Shown here one piece after another: positions 42,130 to 57,464 of a DNA stretch of 64,000 nt (position 1 is its first letter; each line of letters begins with the position of its first letter). The notes beneath the pieces were generated by a model that searched no databases, had not been told where the DNA came from, and saw only the letters and a list, made by a program, of their open reading frames with translations. This stretch comes from Octopus vulgaris (Eukaryota), in contig OX597816.1 of the NCBI GenBank assembly GCA_951406725.2, positions 147,002,001 through 147,066,000 on the forward strand, read 5' to 3'. Both the position numbers and the translations under genes were made by a program.

Positions 42130-42769
42130 GATGTTTATTGTTACTCTTATATCATTCACCAACAGTGGTAAAATCTCACTGGAATTTTTACCACTATTGC
42201 AGATGGTATTTTGAGATAGCGCGTAGATAACTGAGCATTTGGTAAGAATATGTATTATGACTTGTTTCGATGCCGAGAAACTTCATGATATTGGCGACAT
42301 AGCAATTCCAGTGTTAGTGTTTCATTGCTTCTAATTTGAAGGTTAATTGCGGCGAGAATATGTTTGCCGATTTAATCCCAATTCACTTTTGGAGGCTTAA
42401 TTAAGCGGCATTTATGTTTAGAATAAATGTGTACCTCGTACAATTTAAAGGTGATGTAGAATGTATGCATAACTACATGACACATTTACTCTCTTTTTTG
42501 GTGGGGTGGGGTATTTTATAGTTCCTATATTTGTTTCCTGTTTTCTTTCTTGACGATTAGGTGGGGATTCTAATATTTCATGAAACTATACAGATTATTC
42601 CGGGGAGGAATTAATATGTTGGCATCTATCAAATTAGTAAAACAAATTCTGAAAATTGAAACTTTTTCGTTGTAATTAGGTATATTCACGCTCTGAAGAG
42701 AACATCATCAGCATGATTTCGATTAATAACTCAGTGTTCTTCTTTAAATCTGATATTTTCTTGGTTTGG

Positions 42770-43250
42770 GTTTTATCTCCCACACACTTTCATCTATAAT
42801 TCAATATTTATGTTTCAGCACAGACAGCAACGCCTCCTCTTTTGCAGATGATACAAACCTCATAAATCCCTAAGTATCAGACCCATTCGTTTTCTAAACG
42901 TAACCTGCATATCATACATCATACCTGAGCTGACTCCATGAAAAGCGGTGATCTTGACATCAACTTTACGTCCGAGCAATAATCCCATAACCAATGCCTA
43001 CATACTGTAAACATGATTGCTCTTCAGAACTTCTGCAGCTCCTCCAAATGAAGTCCCCCCCCACACACACAATCACCGAAAATCTAACCCAAAGAAAATA
43101 CATCTAACATGTCTAGAACCACATGCCAATGACCATCGGTTCTCTTAAGAATACAAAATATCCCATCCCTCATTCCTCACTCATACTCAAGAAGGCTCGC
43201 TCGAAGCCAAAATGCAGTCATGAATTCACATGTACGACAATACTACTGAT
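42770..43250 (+). mobile_element. Decayed CR1-like LINE RT remnant
   Basis: ASSFADDTNL (RT catalytic FADD) at about 42832-42861, in C/A-rich LINE-like sequence. Confidence 0.5.
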
Positions 43251-43574
43251 ATGGAGAAAGACACGGTAGGCTACTTCAAAATTCAAAATTCACATGTATA
43301 TCAATATGTACGTGTATATATTCATACATATTGTAACTAAACACGTGCTGTTGGTGATATTTTTCCTTCTCTGAACTTGTTCATTGTCCTTTCAAAGAGC
43401 TATGTCAGAAACATGAAAAACTCTCTCATTTTGCCATACGTCAAAATAATAGATTCCCTGTGCACATCCCCATGTTTGTTGTTGTTCTTTTTAATGTTCG
43501 ATTATCCGATTTAACTATATATGTATATCACTGTGTGTGTTTGTGTGACTGTATGTGAGTACATACATACACAC

Positions 43575-43621
<47 letters not shown>

Positions 43622-44577
43622 TGTGTGTATAGACACACACATACACATATACATGTATGTTTGTGCATAACCATGTTTGAGTTTTGCAAAGGACAACGTA
43701 AACTTTTTTGTGAGACATTTAATTCATAAGTGCAACTAACGCTCTGAGTAGGAGATAACTGAAGGTAAATTTAGCTATCAAATATAGACACATCTATAAA
43801 ATGTGTACCAGTCAGGGTATGGTTTCGTCATATTTGTGACAATCATTGTAATTGGTGCGGCTACGATTTTATCCAGTTGCTGAACCCAGTCAAAGTAAAT
43901 GTGTATGTCTCACTATGTGTAAGTGTCTGTTATATATAGAATTAACACCTATACGGCATAAGGTTTCGATGAAAGAGACTTTTTAACACATATAATCTCC
44001 AGCCAATTAGAGAACTAAGGGTCTATGACTACTTTATTGCATTGTCTGTGAATGAAATTAATCGCAGAATTTTGGCGTTTATATATATTTATCATTCGTC
44101 AGGGGTGTGTTCTCTAACGAAGTAATAAATATATCTGGAGATCAAGAGATAAAAGGAGTGACCTATAACAGTTCATGATCAATGCTCGATAAGACACCAA
44201 CGTTTTACGATTGATCGAAATCCTGTGATATTTATCTTACAAAGAAATTTCCTAATATTGTTTAACCGACGCCACACGTAAACAAAATAATTTAACTTAT
44301 TTCGTTCTACAGACATGTAGAAATTCTGACACTTGAACTTCACAACATATTTTGTTGATTTATGATGAATAGCAGTTCATAGCAGTGGAAGTGAGATTAC
44401 TTGAACACCTAAGTAAAGTAATTAGTCTGTTCTTAATTTATTCTCAGATATCTATCGTGTACAGTCGACCAAAGGAACGATTAAACAAACATATGGCTCA
44501 TGCGATGTCTAATGATCTGTAATCCTACAACTTTAAGTTATTTATATACATACATGCACACATACCTACCTACATAT

Positions 44578-44667
<90 letters not shown>

Positions 44668-44694
44668 CACATATACATATACATATACATATAT

Positions 44695-44880
44695 AGGGAG
44701 AATTCACAAAAAGCAAGACGAAGACGAGTGATATAGACAACAAACAGATGTATTAGTTTAACGCTCGGGAAGTGAAAAATGTCTTTAACGTTTCGAGTCT
44801 AAGCTCTTCCACAGAAAGAAAAACGAAAGAAACAATGAGAGTATATAAAGAATGTGTAGTGGCTAGCAATCTATCATGGT
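44695..44880 (-). mobile_element. PLE-derived short element after (TA)n, with a hammerhead-like motif
   Basis: Same family as 5478, 28321 and 60130. The motif at 44782-44819 on the minus strand reads tcttt-CTGTGGA-A-GAG-cttaga-CTC-GAAAC-GTT-aaaga, with a 5-bp stem I and a mutated core. Confidence 0.7.
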
Positions 44881-46425
44881 GAAGATTTTTGGTAAGCAGC
44901 GTCGATTTTTACTGTTCTGTAGATAATAATGATAATACAATATTCTACAAGCCTAAAGCCTATAATTGATCACCTTGCAGTGACTAAAGTTTGAAAAATG
45001 TAGGAGTCTCGTAGGTAAAAAAGGAACATTCGTGGCTTTCTTTCCTCAGTCAATACCATTTCGGGCAATTACACTTGTGACGGTTTGATCTGGTTGCCTC
45101 CCAAAACGTCTAAGCTAAGTGCATTAGACCACTTTGTAAGAAAGTTAACGAATGTGTACGGCAACAAAGGCACAAAAAACAAACAAACAAAAAACGGAGA
45201 ACATGGTACACAATTACGAATACAAACAACAAGAAATAACAGATGTTTTTCGACTGAGAACAAACTAAATTGAGCTAGTGAGTATGAAGTGAAAGCCTAA
45301 AGGCAGGAACATAGGAGATGGACATATATATATATACAGAGAGAGAGAGAGAGAGAGAGAGAGTGGGGAAGAGGGAGTGGGGAAGAGAGAAAGTGGGGAA
45401 GAGAGAGAGTATGTGAGTGTTAGTGTGTGCATAATCGTGAACGGAATACATTTGTGATCCTCCTTCTGTACGGATGATAGTAAAGTGTGAGTAAAATTTT
45501 ACAAGTAAAAAAAAATAGCTACCACTATTTTATACAATATTTAAATTATCATACAGTTGCGAAAAATCAGCCTGGAAAGGAAAACCTGGAATTTTTTCGA
45601 AAATCAAATTCTCTGTACTATTTTAAACATCTAATTCGAGTTGCTATATAACAACCTATGCTGTCGAATATGTGTGTGTATATGCGTGTATGTGCGTGAG
45701 TATGGATGGATGAATGTAGGTAAGTAGGTATTGTTGAATACACTATCATGAAACACTTGCTGCAACGTTCAGGGCAAGTGGTTAGAAAGAATAAGACAGA
45801 TGCTTTTCTTAGATAACCTCCAGGAAATTGAAATTTATAAAATTCAACGAAGATTTCGGTGAGGCAATTACAATGATCAGCTAAACTTATCGTTCAAAAT
45901 TACTGAAACTGTGACAAAGATGTGCGCAAGTGAAACCTAGAAAACACGACGCAACAGTCACGCGTGCAAATCCGCCCTGACTTTTGGTTTCCGCCTGTTT
46001 TGTGCGATGATCAGCATTCTCAAACTTTAATACTCTCAACATAGAAGAAACTTCCAATTAGTGAAACTTTTTTAATTTGCAGATGCTTGAAAGAGCATCG
46101 ACAATTATTCAATGTTTTCCAACAGCGACAATTATATGCATTCAGCTCAATTACCCAACAAGCAAATGCTTTCTTTCACGAGTTCTGTTGAATATCCCTT
46201 AGTATATACATACTTACGTGTGCACAATTGAACAATGAAATTACAAACAAAGCAGTCCTATATATATATATATTGATGGATGAGATATTGTTATGTAAAT
46301 GCTGGAGATTAAACTATGTACCATATTCTGAACATATTCTGAAAGAAATGCCTTGAGATCTATACAGTGGGGAAATGTATACATTAATCGATAGACTGCC
46401 AGCTATATTTTATTATATATATATA

Positions 46426-46482
<57 letters not shown>

Positions 46483-47434
46483 AGAAATTTGATGTGAATT
46501 TCATATACAATAATAAAAGTTTAATATACTATATAATGAATTGAATTCTCTGTTGATGTATACCCAATTACAATATTTGTCTGCAGATAATATATTAATA
46601 TATCTACGCTCAGTAAAATTTGGTGTATATATAACCATTTACCACGAAATATAAAATTTACATCTTAAAATTCTTGTTTTTTTTCTTCCTTAGCACACTC
46701 TCTTTTTGGTTATGCATATAATGGGAAATATATATTAGCTCCTGGCAACATTTCTAGGAAACAGCATCCATCAGCTTACGTTTCAATAAAATGAGTTTAA
46801 TTTGATAAATCGTAATTTTTATCATTTTTATTCATATTTTTTTTAACAAGCAACATGTATTTTTAAACATAACACCTATTCAGACATAAGATGAATATGA
46901 TAGACTACACATTCATACTAATATAAACGCAACGAGACTAGAAGTGGCTATACGCAAATGCATGAAAACCATACGAAGGTATGCGAACGTGAATTCATAT
47001 TTTCATGAATATTAGTCTGATTGAGAGTCGAAAGTAACTTGGAAAAATTCTATAATGTATTCAACCATAGAGAAATAAGCACATTGAATTAAATTATATA
47101 TGAATCCCACTATTTGTATTTCTACTTTATATATCTTCTTCTGTCAATATGTATGTATATCTATATCTATATATATATATATATGTATATCTAAATATAT
47201 ATGTATTTATATTAATTATTAGCAACATAAGCAGTATTAGTATCAAAAGGCAATCTTTATGCCCGGCTTAATATGGATAACGGTTTATTAATCTTGAGAG
47301 ATCCTCTTATATAGGCACTTGCTATATAAAAACACAGAGATCGCTTTTCTACTAAAGTGTTTTTTAGTTGTTGTAACTGTGTATGCAGTACTCTATCGCT
47401 AGAAACCTGCACACATATCATTTTACATTCAATG

Positions 47435-47594
47435 TCCCCGTCCCCGGTTCGGCAAAAGAGACCGATAGAATAAGTACTGGGCTTACAAACAATACGTTCC
47501 GGGGTCGATTTGTTCGACTAAAGGCGGTGCTCCAGCATGTCCGCAGTCAAATGGCTGAAACAAGTAAAAGAATAAAAGGAAAAGAAAGAATGTA
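47435..47594 (+). mobile_element. SINE family B 3' half
   Basis: cggttcggcaaaagagaccgatagaataagtactggg...ggggtcgatttgttcgactaaaggcggtgctccagcatg...gaaacaagtaaaaga matches 50039-50165. Confidence 0.85.
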
Positions 47595-48759
47595 AAATGA
47601 ATTCAAGCTAGCGCAGCCACAGTCGTATGCTAAACTATCCGCATATAAAATCAAAATCTAGATACAAATTCTATATGTTTTTTCTTATTATTTATAAGAG
47701 CCAAGAGTTTTTCAATCACTGTTAAATAATCACTTTAAGAATTTAGTATTTACTTCATCACAGAAATAATGACCGCTTGTAAACTTGATGATGGAATCAA
47801 TTAGTATTTTTATATAGATTTACAAGAATTTGGTGTTCACGAAATCTTTATATTAGGCAGCTTTCAGTGTTCAGACCCGTTGCTCCTGACATTTAGTTGC
47901 CGGAATTAAACACGCGCAAAATCCTGATTTCTGTGTACATATAATGGAACATGACTTCTCGAAATAATTTGGACAAGAAAATAGTAAATGACAGTGGATG
48001 ATCTTATTTCCATGAACTGGATATTTTCCATATAAACTAAGCCATTTATCACATCAAAGTCTTGCATCAGGTGCATTAAACAAGACACTAAATTAATTTC
48101 ACACTTTAATTCAATTGATGGATGATTCCTAATATATAAATGTCGCTGATTCCTCTTAAACCTAAAGAATTATCATGAGAATGAGGTTCGTTATATCCCT
48201 TAGCTATTACAGAGTCCGTAATGATACCGAATTTAAACTGCCGAATGACATTTATTTTATTAATCAATTAAGAATGCAATGCAAAGTTAGATTAGATTTA
48301 TAAATACACCAGAAGTGGAGAGCAATAGCAGTTGTAGTGATGTGTTAGCAATAAATATATATTGTGTATGAATGCGGTGCAAATTTGTTAGCAGACATGC
48401 CATCTCTCTTAGATATATTCACTTAACATGCAAACCGAATTACGGTCGAATTTTTGCTGATTATTATTCATACGCTAATCAAATATCTGGTGCTTCTATT
48501 CCTATTGTATGAAGCCATATTATACTTAGGTTTAGCTATAACCTAGGCAGCAACTTAGTTGAGATTCACAAATAGGTTTATTATAGACACAAAACAGCGT
48601 CGTCAAACTCTGCATTTGAGAGATTTTGGCGTCAACTCTTTCACGAAGAGCAGTGAAGTGTATAGTAAAACAAAACCGGTTTTCTCACTTAGTGTCATAG
48701 CAGTTCAGAGAGACATGATGTGCAGGTGTATTTAAGGTTTCACTCTCTCTCTCTCTCTC

Positions 48760-48812
<53 letters not shown>

Positions 48813-48865
48813 ATCTTACTCCGCATCGCTGAGGACCTGCCCGCTCGTTTACTTTTAATTATATA

Positions 48866-49072
48866 TTTCTTTATTGCCCACAAGGGGCTAAATATAGAGG
48901 GGACAACCAAAGACAGACACACGGATTAAGTCGGTTACACCGACCCCAGTGCGTAACTGGTACTTTATTTATCGACCCCGAAAGAATGAAAGGCAAAGTA
49001 GACATCGGCGGAATTTGAACTCAGAACGTAACGGCTACGCATTTCGCCCGGCGTGGTAACGATTCTGCCAGT
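48866..49072 (-). mobile_element. SINE family A variant with a different 3' tail
   Basis: Minus strand reads ctggcagaatcgttaccacgccgggcgaaatgc...gagttcaaattccgccg...ctttgcctttcattctttcggggtcgataaataaagtaccag. Confidence 0.85.
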
Positions 49073-49159
49073 TTTTCATTATAATTAACTTGTATGAGGT
49101 AAAACAGTTTCCTTCTTGCCATAATATGAATCTCTATCTCATCTCATTTAAATATCAAT

Positions 49160-49315
<156 letters not shown>

Positions 49316-49323
49316 GGTAGATA

Positions 49324-49486
49324 GACGCATGCCTCGCTGTGTGGAAATAAGCCTCCTTCCCAACGACATGGTTCCAGGTGTTCAGTCACACTGCGTGGCG
49401 CCTGGAACAATTGTCTTCCACTATAACCACGAGCCCACCAAAGCCTTGTGAATGGATGTGGTAGATGGAAGCTGAAAGGAGCCTTT

Positions 49487-49525
<39 letters not shown>

Positions 49526-49743
49526 GTATGCATGTCTGTGTGTCTGTGTTCGTCCCCCCATCGTCGCTTGATAACCTATGTTTTTTGTGTTTACTTCCGC
49601 GTAACATAGTTGTTCTGCAAAAGGGACCTTTAGAATAATTACTAGGCTTACAAAGAATATGTCCTGGGATCGATTTGTTTCAGTAAAGGCTGTGCTCCAG
49701 TATGGCCGTAGTCACATGACTGAAACAAGTAAAAGAATATAAG
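49324..49743 (+). mobile_element. SINE family B, more diverged copy, first of a tandem pair
   Basis: Colinear with 49756-50182, including the internal microsatellite and the gaaacaagtaaaaga tail. Confidence 0.85.
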
Positions 49744-49755
49744 TATATATATATA

Positions 49756-50182
49756 GGCACAGGAGTGGCTGTATGGTAAGTAGCTTGCTTACCAACTACA
49801 TGGTTCCGTGTTCAGTCCCACTGCGTGACACCTTGGGTAAGTGTCTTCTACTGTAGCCTCGGGTCGACCAAAGCCTTGTGAGTGAATTTGGTAGACGGAA
49901 ACTGAAAGAGGTCCGTCGTATATATGTATAAATATATATATATATGTGCGTGTGTGTGTGTGTTGTTGTGTGTCTGTGTTTGTCCCCCTAGCATTGCTTG
50001 ACAACCGATGCTGGTGTGTTTACGTCGCCGTCACTTAGCGGTTCGGCAAAAACACCCGATAGTACACGTACTGGGTTTACAAAGAACAAGTCCTGGGGTC
50101 GATTTGCTGGACTAAAGGCGGTGCTCCAGCATGGCCGCAGTCAAATGACTGAAACAAGTAAAAGAGTAAAAGAGTAAAGAGT
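49756..50182 (+). mobile_element. tRNA-derived SINE family B, full length
   Basis: A-box-like TGGCTGTATGGT, B-box-like GTTCAGTCCC, internal (TA)/(TG) tract and tail (gtaaaaga)n. Confidence 0.88.
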
Positions 50183-50216
50183 ATATATATATTATTTATA
50201 TATATATATTATATAT

Positions 50217-50259
<43 letters not shown>

Positions 50260-50260
50260 C

Positions 50261-50353
<93 letters not shown>

Positions 50354-50361
50354 TATATATG

Positions 50362-50409
<48 letters not shown>

Positions 50410-50411
<2 letters not shown>

Positions 50412-51168
50412 GACCACTTGGTAACATTCAGCTTCGTACCTTTAAAGGTAAAACTGAGTGCTTCCCAATTGGCGATGTCCACAAAAATGGTTTTCTTGCA
50501 GAGAAATAATGACAAGAGCAAACAAAACAAAACAAAAGAAGGAAAACGACACATAGTGTGATTTAGGACGGTGGACGTGGAGGAACAGTCGAACAAAATG
50601 TGACCGTAGAGCCAAGGGGACGAGAATAGTGGGTAACGCTTAGAAAATGCCTTGAAGGATGGAGAACGGAGAGACAGAGAATTCGTGATTGATCAGCTTC
50701 GAGACCAGTGTAACAAAGGAAGAGAAAGGGGAACTTTCACTGGTCACATGACAGCAGCACAAAGTGGCGAAAGACGGCGGGGAGAGGTTGCAACAGAGAA
50801 AAAAAGGGAAATGGATGAAGGCGAAAGAGAAAGGCTAGGAATAGAAGGGAGAGAGAGAGAAAAGGAGTAAGTGTAAAGTCTAATATAGAAGTGAGAGGGT
50901 AAAAGAAAGAAAAGGAAGAATGAAGGCAAAAGAAAGGGTCACATGAGTATATAAAAACATATTCTCGTCTCTTTGGCCCCTCTTTGTTCGACTGTTTGTC
51001 CTCGCCCAGCATCCTAGGTCTCACTCTGTGTCATTTTCCTTGTTTTGTTTTGTTTCATTTACTCTTTTCTCCACTTCTTCTGAAGAAAATCATTTTTTGC
51101 GGGCACCGCCAATTGGGAAGCGCTAAGTCATCGTTAAAGGTGCGGAACTGAATATTACCAATTGGTCG
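50410..51168. mobile_element. MITE / fold-back element of about 760 bp with imperfect TIRs of about 210 bp
   Basis: gaccacttggtaacattcagcttcgtacctttaa...gcttcccaattggcg...ttttctt.caga...aggaaaacgacaca...acagtcgaacaaa pairs with tttgttcgactgt...tgtgtcattttcct...tctgaagaaaa...cgccaattgggaagc...ttaaaggtgcggaactgaatattaccaattggtc. Confidence 0.82.
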
Positions 51169-51334
51169 ATAACTGATGCAGAATTACGGGCCTTCTGTTT
51201 GTCTTCCGTTCGTTTTTACATTCAGTATACGTTATGTCGTTCAGTTATACAGTTTTTCATTTATCAAGTAATGGTACGCAACACACACATAATTTGTATA
51301 TATGTCTGTATATATGTTATATATACGTAAATAA

Positions 51335-51537
51335 GATGGTGACCTGGCAGGATTGTTAGCACGCAGAGCAAAGTACTTACCGGCGTGTCATCAGTCTTCA
51401 TGTCTTGAGTTCAAATTCCGAGGCGGTTGACTTTGCCGTTCATCCTTTCTGGGTCGATAAATTCAATACCATTTGGGCATTGGTGTGGATGTAATCGACT
51501 TACCCCCTTCTGCAAAATGGCTGGCCTTGTTCCAAAC

Positions 51538-51538
<1 letters not shown>
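51335..51538 (+). mobile_element. SINE family A
   Basis: ggtgacctggcaggattgttagcacg...gagttcaaattccgagg...gactttgccgttcatcctttctgggtcgataaa...gatgtaatcgacttaccccc. Confidence 0.8.
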
Positions 51539-51588
<50 letters not shown>

Positions 51589-53690
51589 GTATATAATCAA
51601 ACCAAATAGTTAAACATTTTAAATGAACAAATAAAAAACAAAAAAAAGGAAAACTACGAACGTGAGGACGTATTTTTTTATGCATTTGTGTGTCTGTGAA
51701 CGTGGCTGTGTGTGACAGCGATTTTTCCTTTTTTGTTTTTTTGTGCATATGTTTGTAGTTTTATATCTATTCAGCTAAGTCAATGCAAACTTTATGTCAT
51801 CCGAGAAACGAAGAGATCTTAAACTTTGCGACTCTGGGTATTAAATTAATATATTTCTTCCCATTTAAAACGGCAAGCATTTTTTTTACGCTCTTTAATA
51901 TACAGCGTCACCAGGATCGCCATATATTTTATGCTATAATCAGTTTCAAATAAACGTAATTAACTCGACTGTGAACACTTTTGACTGACCTTATAGAAGT
52001 GAATTGAAAATGAACAATAATAGTTGAGATAATTTAGTGATTTAAGTTAAATGTTCAGATTACGGAATCAGTACATAATATTGATTTCGCTGAATCTGAC
52101 TATCCAAATTAGTAAATGATTTCAGATGTATCAGATGGTTAATCCTCTTCGGGACTTTCTTTTTCTTTTTTTTTTTTTTTTTACTTATTTTGTAAATCTC
52201 TGTGAGAAATGAAAACAGGAAAGAAAAGGTGCTAAAAAATGATAGTTAGTCAAGAACACTCTTTGCATCACAGCTCTTGTGTTTTGAATGCAAAACTTCC
52301 GTCATCTCACATTTAATTTGGTAAGCAATTCAGTTAATTGACTACAATTAGTATAGTCTAAAGCAAAGGAACAAAGTGAACAATTTTTCTTTTACAGTCA
52401 GGTATTATTTTATTTCTGCCAACTGACTGTATTTAACTTCAATACACTTATATGTTGTGAAGTGGTCTTACATTGGAGTAAATCTATCAGGTAAGATTTA
52501 CATCATATTGCTATTGTCCTACGATTTGATTTATAATCCACTCAGTGTCGATTACGTTAATCTTCTCCTGTGCTAACAATGATTTTCTTCCTTCGGACCT
52601 GATACAATAAGTATAAAGCTTGCTCTGAGTAGATTCAATTTACTGTACTCCCCTTTAAATTTGCTGCCTGGTACCATCGTAAGAAATCAATATTCAAACG
52701 ACATAACGGAAACTGAAGATATCAATTGATGACTCACTTTCAATTTCACATTGAATCCACTTTCCTTTATTTACATCGATAATAAAGATGAAAGGAGAAC
52801 GAGATAGCTCTTGTGTGGATTCAATGTACGGGGAATAAAATAGTATTACTTAGGAATCGAAACTCCTTTGCGAAATTGAGTCCGTCAGCTTAAATCTTTG
52901 ATCTTCAATGACCGCCATATCCATTAACAAATATTAATTTCTCACTTTGACACAGGCACATACATTGTAGATTACGTATGTCATTCATATATTCAGCATC
53001 ATTGATACTACTGCTGTCGAAAGCATGAAACACGATATTGCCTGGGGAAGGATTAGCATATAGATTGTAATGAGCTATAACTAATATTTCTTCAAGTAAT
53101 TTTAACCCTGCATTCAATTGCACGTGTTTTCAATGCACTTGTGGTCGCACATACTCTATGTTATGTTTTTTACAGAAATAAAAAAAAATACTGTGACGAA
53201 AGAGGTAGAGTGTTGAAGAAACTGTTTTCTGCATTTAGTTAAGTCGTTTTATCTTCAACTTTCAGATAATTCTATAATGAAACATTCTTTCCATACTCTT
53301 TGATTTGTTAATGTGACGACGTCGTTTTAATCGGCTGAGTTTCCTCCCACAAAATGTGTTACGATGCACCAATGTCAGAAATCATTCAATTTATGATCAT
53401 TTGGTACAAGCCCAACTTTGTTAACGAGCATTCTCATTCGTTTGAATCAAGTCCAATATGTCTTTCTACGTAATGATATATCATTACCAACTCTAGAGTA
53501 ATGGAATAAATAAAATTAAGTCTCTAATATATTAATTCAACGCAGAATAAGAAAGGGTATTTAAGTTTCGTTACTAAACATTTTGTATTCCCTTTCCACT
53601 GGAATTTACTACATTTTTAATTCGCCAAATATCGAACGCATTAATGTTAGGTAGCAACAATATTCACCTTCATTATATTAAGCATTTATA

Positions 53691-53756
53691 AGGCAACGAG
53701 CTCTGATTTCAAAATCTTGGTCGACTTTGCCTTTCATCTTTCTTTCTGGGTCGAGA
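53691..53756 (+). mobile_element. SINE family A fragment
   Basis: ggcaacgagct...ggtcgactttgcctttcatctttc...gggtcga. Confidence 0.55.
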
Positions 53757-56271
53757 ACAGTGAGATATTTGCCTCTAGTGGAAAGAATTATGGTAAGGAT
53801 GTATTCATTTCTCACAATGGCATAAGGATGTTACATTAATGCAATTAGTTACCTACATTTACGTTCAAATGTTTGTTGTGGAGTTGATTGAGCAGATATT
53901 TTCTTTTCTAGTACAAATGTTTATATTTGTATATCGAGTCTACTAAATCACTGCCGGCTAAATATCATTTGAGAACTGTAAATGTATCTTAAATCTTGCA
54001 AATTTTTTTATACTGCAAAATTATGTTTCTAAAGCTCATTAACATATAGATTCGACAGAATATGAGACATGAGAAGACGTTGTAGAGACGATTGCAGTTT
54101 TTATACCATTTGAGAAATGATTTTCAGTGCTAAAATTTCCATTATTTTCCTATACTCATGTTGGATGAAACGAGATACTGCGAAATACCCTGCCTACATA
54201 TGATAGAAAAGCTAATTCGTTTCAGTATCAACTTAATGAAATAATGATAGTAAAAAATGTTGCTGTGTGCGCAAAAATTAGATAGAAATTTATATTTTTA
54301 ATTTTGATAACTACGTAAAAATGTCTTATCGAAATACTTTTTTTCAGAAACCACTAGACAGTATAATTTTTGAAGAAAAATATGTATAAATTGTTTGCCG
54401 ATGCGGTAAATTTGAATTTATCAGTAAAGATGTTTTGATTTTTAAAAAAATACAATAAAGAATTTCTTTAAATTATAATGCTTTAAGTTGTGAGAGTTTT
54501 AAACACTTTGGTGTCCAAAAAGTTATAGGAATTGAATTTTAGTATGAAACGATATATATAATATTTAGCACAGACATTCTGGTTTTAATGGATGACAACG
54601 CATTCCATATTTAGAAGTGGAACTGCCAGAACAAGATAGCGAACTTGACGTATTTAGTTCCAATTTCTTGTATCTCGTGACTACTCGAGACACTGAGACA
54701 TAATTTGATTTTTACCTAGGATGGATAAAAAGAAATCATTTGCAATAGATTCAACTAAACTTCTTACCTGTATATTTTTGTAATAAATCAATATTATTCG
54801 CAAAGCAGTGTGTTAGATGGGACAGTGATCAATCTATTAACCTATCCCCTAAGTTCATTACTACATTATGTATTTTTAACATTTGAATTCAAATTATACA
54901 TGACTAATATGTCTTGTTCACATTATCGATCTTGTAAATATGGATCTAATGGCACCCGCATTACATAGGTGTACCCAGAATGCCAAAGGAGAAACTTAGA
55001 TACTGTATGACATTTATTCCTTACACACATGCGTTTGCTAATAATGCCACTTCATTTTATAATGAATGATCTTTTAACAAAAGGGGATGTTGATTTAATT
55101 TATCGACACAAAAGAGATGAAGAACTTATTTGATATCGGTAAGATCTGAACTCTGTATTTAAATAGTGATGCATTTTCCGTAGAGTGTATGGCCATTCTT
55201 CTTTCCACACTGTATAAACGATTGTGTCAACGCTAATGTAAAGCAATCCTGTAGATATTTTCTCGAGAATGACGACGACGTCAAAACCAACTCACTAAGA
55301 AATCTGAACGTAGCGAAGCAAATCTAAATACTATAATGTATTTATTCCGGCGTGCTGTTGTCTCGACCATTCTGAATGTATCATTGTTTCCGTATGTATG
55401 ATAAATGAGAAAATAAAATTCTTGACATGAAACATCTGTTGAATATACATCGTATTCAATTAGAAACAAAACCCGGGCTAACTGTTTACCGAGTCAGTTG
55501 CCCTTTAGCCAGAGTAGATTGAAAAGGAAATAAAAAATATATATATATAATTGTGAGTTAGCATTTTACTTGGGGAAGTTCCTTTTATCTATAATCAATA
55601 AGAAGCAGATTAATGTGTGTTGATCGAAGGGAACAGCAATCGAGTGAAGTGTTGTACATTGTCAGCTGGCGTCTTTCTACGAAAGCCGGATACTTTTCAG
55701 CATCGCTAGTTATTGAGGTAAAATTACGCAGACAAGGGCGCTGGATTGGTCGCTGTTATTGGTTTCTTGTTACTACAATGCAGTGAGAGATAAAGAAGGA
55801 GTTGGGAGGGCAGGTCGGAAGAAAGAAAGAGGGACGTAACTTAGCACAAAATGAGTTATTGCTAGATAAAGTGAACGGAAGAGTTAAAGGGAAATATAAG
55901 TGGGGCCGTAGAAGATGAAGGCGACAGAGAGCATAATGTATTCAGAACGTACTATATGAGGGAGAAGTAAGGCTGAAGACGTCGATGCGTTCGATAAAAT
56001 AGAGAGGCAGAAAATCGAGGAAGGAGTATTTAAGAGATAGTGGGAACAATAGAGTTACAGTGAGTAATATACAGAAAGAGCTGAAGAGGGGAGACAAGGA
56101 GTAGAATACAAGCGAGATTAAATTGGAGATAAAATATAATTGATTACAAAAGGAGGACATCGTGAGAGAGATAGAGAAGGAAAGATAGAGAGAGAGAGAA
56201 GGAAAAAGCGACAGAGAAAGAGAGAGATACACAGAGAGTAAGATAGACGGAGAGAGAAAATGAGAAGCAGG

Positions 56272-56302
<31 letters not shown>

Positions 56303-57464
56303 TAAGAGAGTAATGAATAGTTATAAACACTTGGAGAATAGAGAAATCAGACAAGTTAAGCGAGGCTGTCTTAAGGTCGAAGGGTGCCATATTTGTTTAA
56401 AGAAAGGAAATGAAAAGATGCGTAAGACGGAAGATCAGTGAAAACAGTAGAAGATGCGGATAAGCAGAAAATAGTTACATTTCTTCCACATTTCCTTCCA
56501 GAAATGACTTATTACTAACGCATTTATTTCATTCAATTCAAATTCTAATTACACATGTTTGTATATTTGTTTATCACTGTATATATGATTAGCTAATAAA
56601 CCAATAAATCCAGAGGTATTACTGGTTAAGTCTACACTAGCATCGTAAGATAAATACAAGCAATATTCACGAAGGAAACAAGCAAGAATGGGGCTAAAAA
56701 ACACACCGAAAATTAAGAACAAAATTAACACTCAATACCAAAACACTGTGGAGGAAATTGCAACATCCTTGAACCCAAATTCGAATATTCTTGAGGGATT
56801 TATTATCCTACCAATTTTTTCACAATCTTACAATCTCGTCTGTGCTATTGTCAGTAAAGAATTGCTTTAGATCCCGCAGGATAAATACGAAATGCAATAG
56901 ATCTGGACATTACATCTAGACAGACATTGTGTTTCCACCCGTTTTAAGCCAAAACACAGTGTCTAGGAGATGCACAATGTGAACGCCTACTTTTGACGCG
57001 AGTCTTATAAAGTGCCACTCTATTGTTTAAAACCGCAAACATTAAGTAAATTTTCACTTCGAATATTTGCATAAAGTGGCACTGCAAGCTCAGTCGGTAA
57101 AAAGAAACAGATGGAATGAATCATTAACGATGTGTAAAAGACATTTTTTTTTCTTTTTATTATTTGGATTGTAATTTATTCTTCTCCAAACCCAAATTGC
57201 GGTATGAACGTCGTGAAAACTGGATTTTCTACGCTTGAAGAATCGAGGCATTTCTCTAGAACCCAACAGTGTTGATAGACCTGAATCCGGGTTGAGTAGT
57301 TCTCTTGAAATAACTCTCCAAACATTATACCCGACCACGACTTTACATACATACATATATATATATATATAAATATATGTGTGTGTATATATGTATATAT
57401 ATATACATATATAAAGACATACATATAACAAAGCATACATATTGTTTTGTTTGTTTGTTTGTTT

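Noticed and set aside
55735-55765. Two ATTGG (reverse CCAAT) boxes as a promoter
   Set aside because: No associated transcript, exon or other core promoter evidence.
57225-57320. cttgaagaa...gaaataactc as another hammerhead
   Set aside because: Both core boxes and the stems are too degenerate to support the call.
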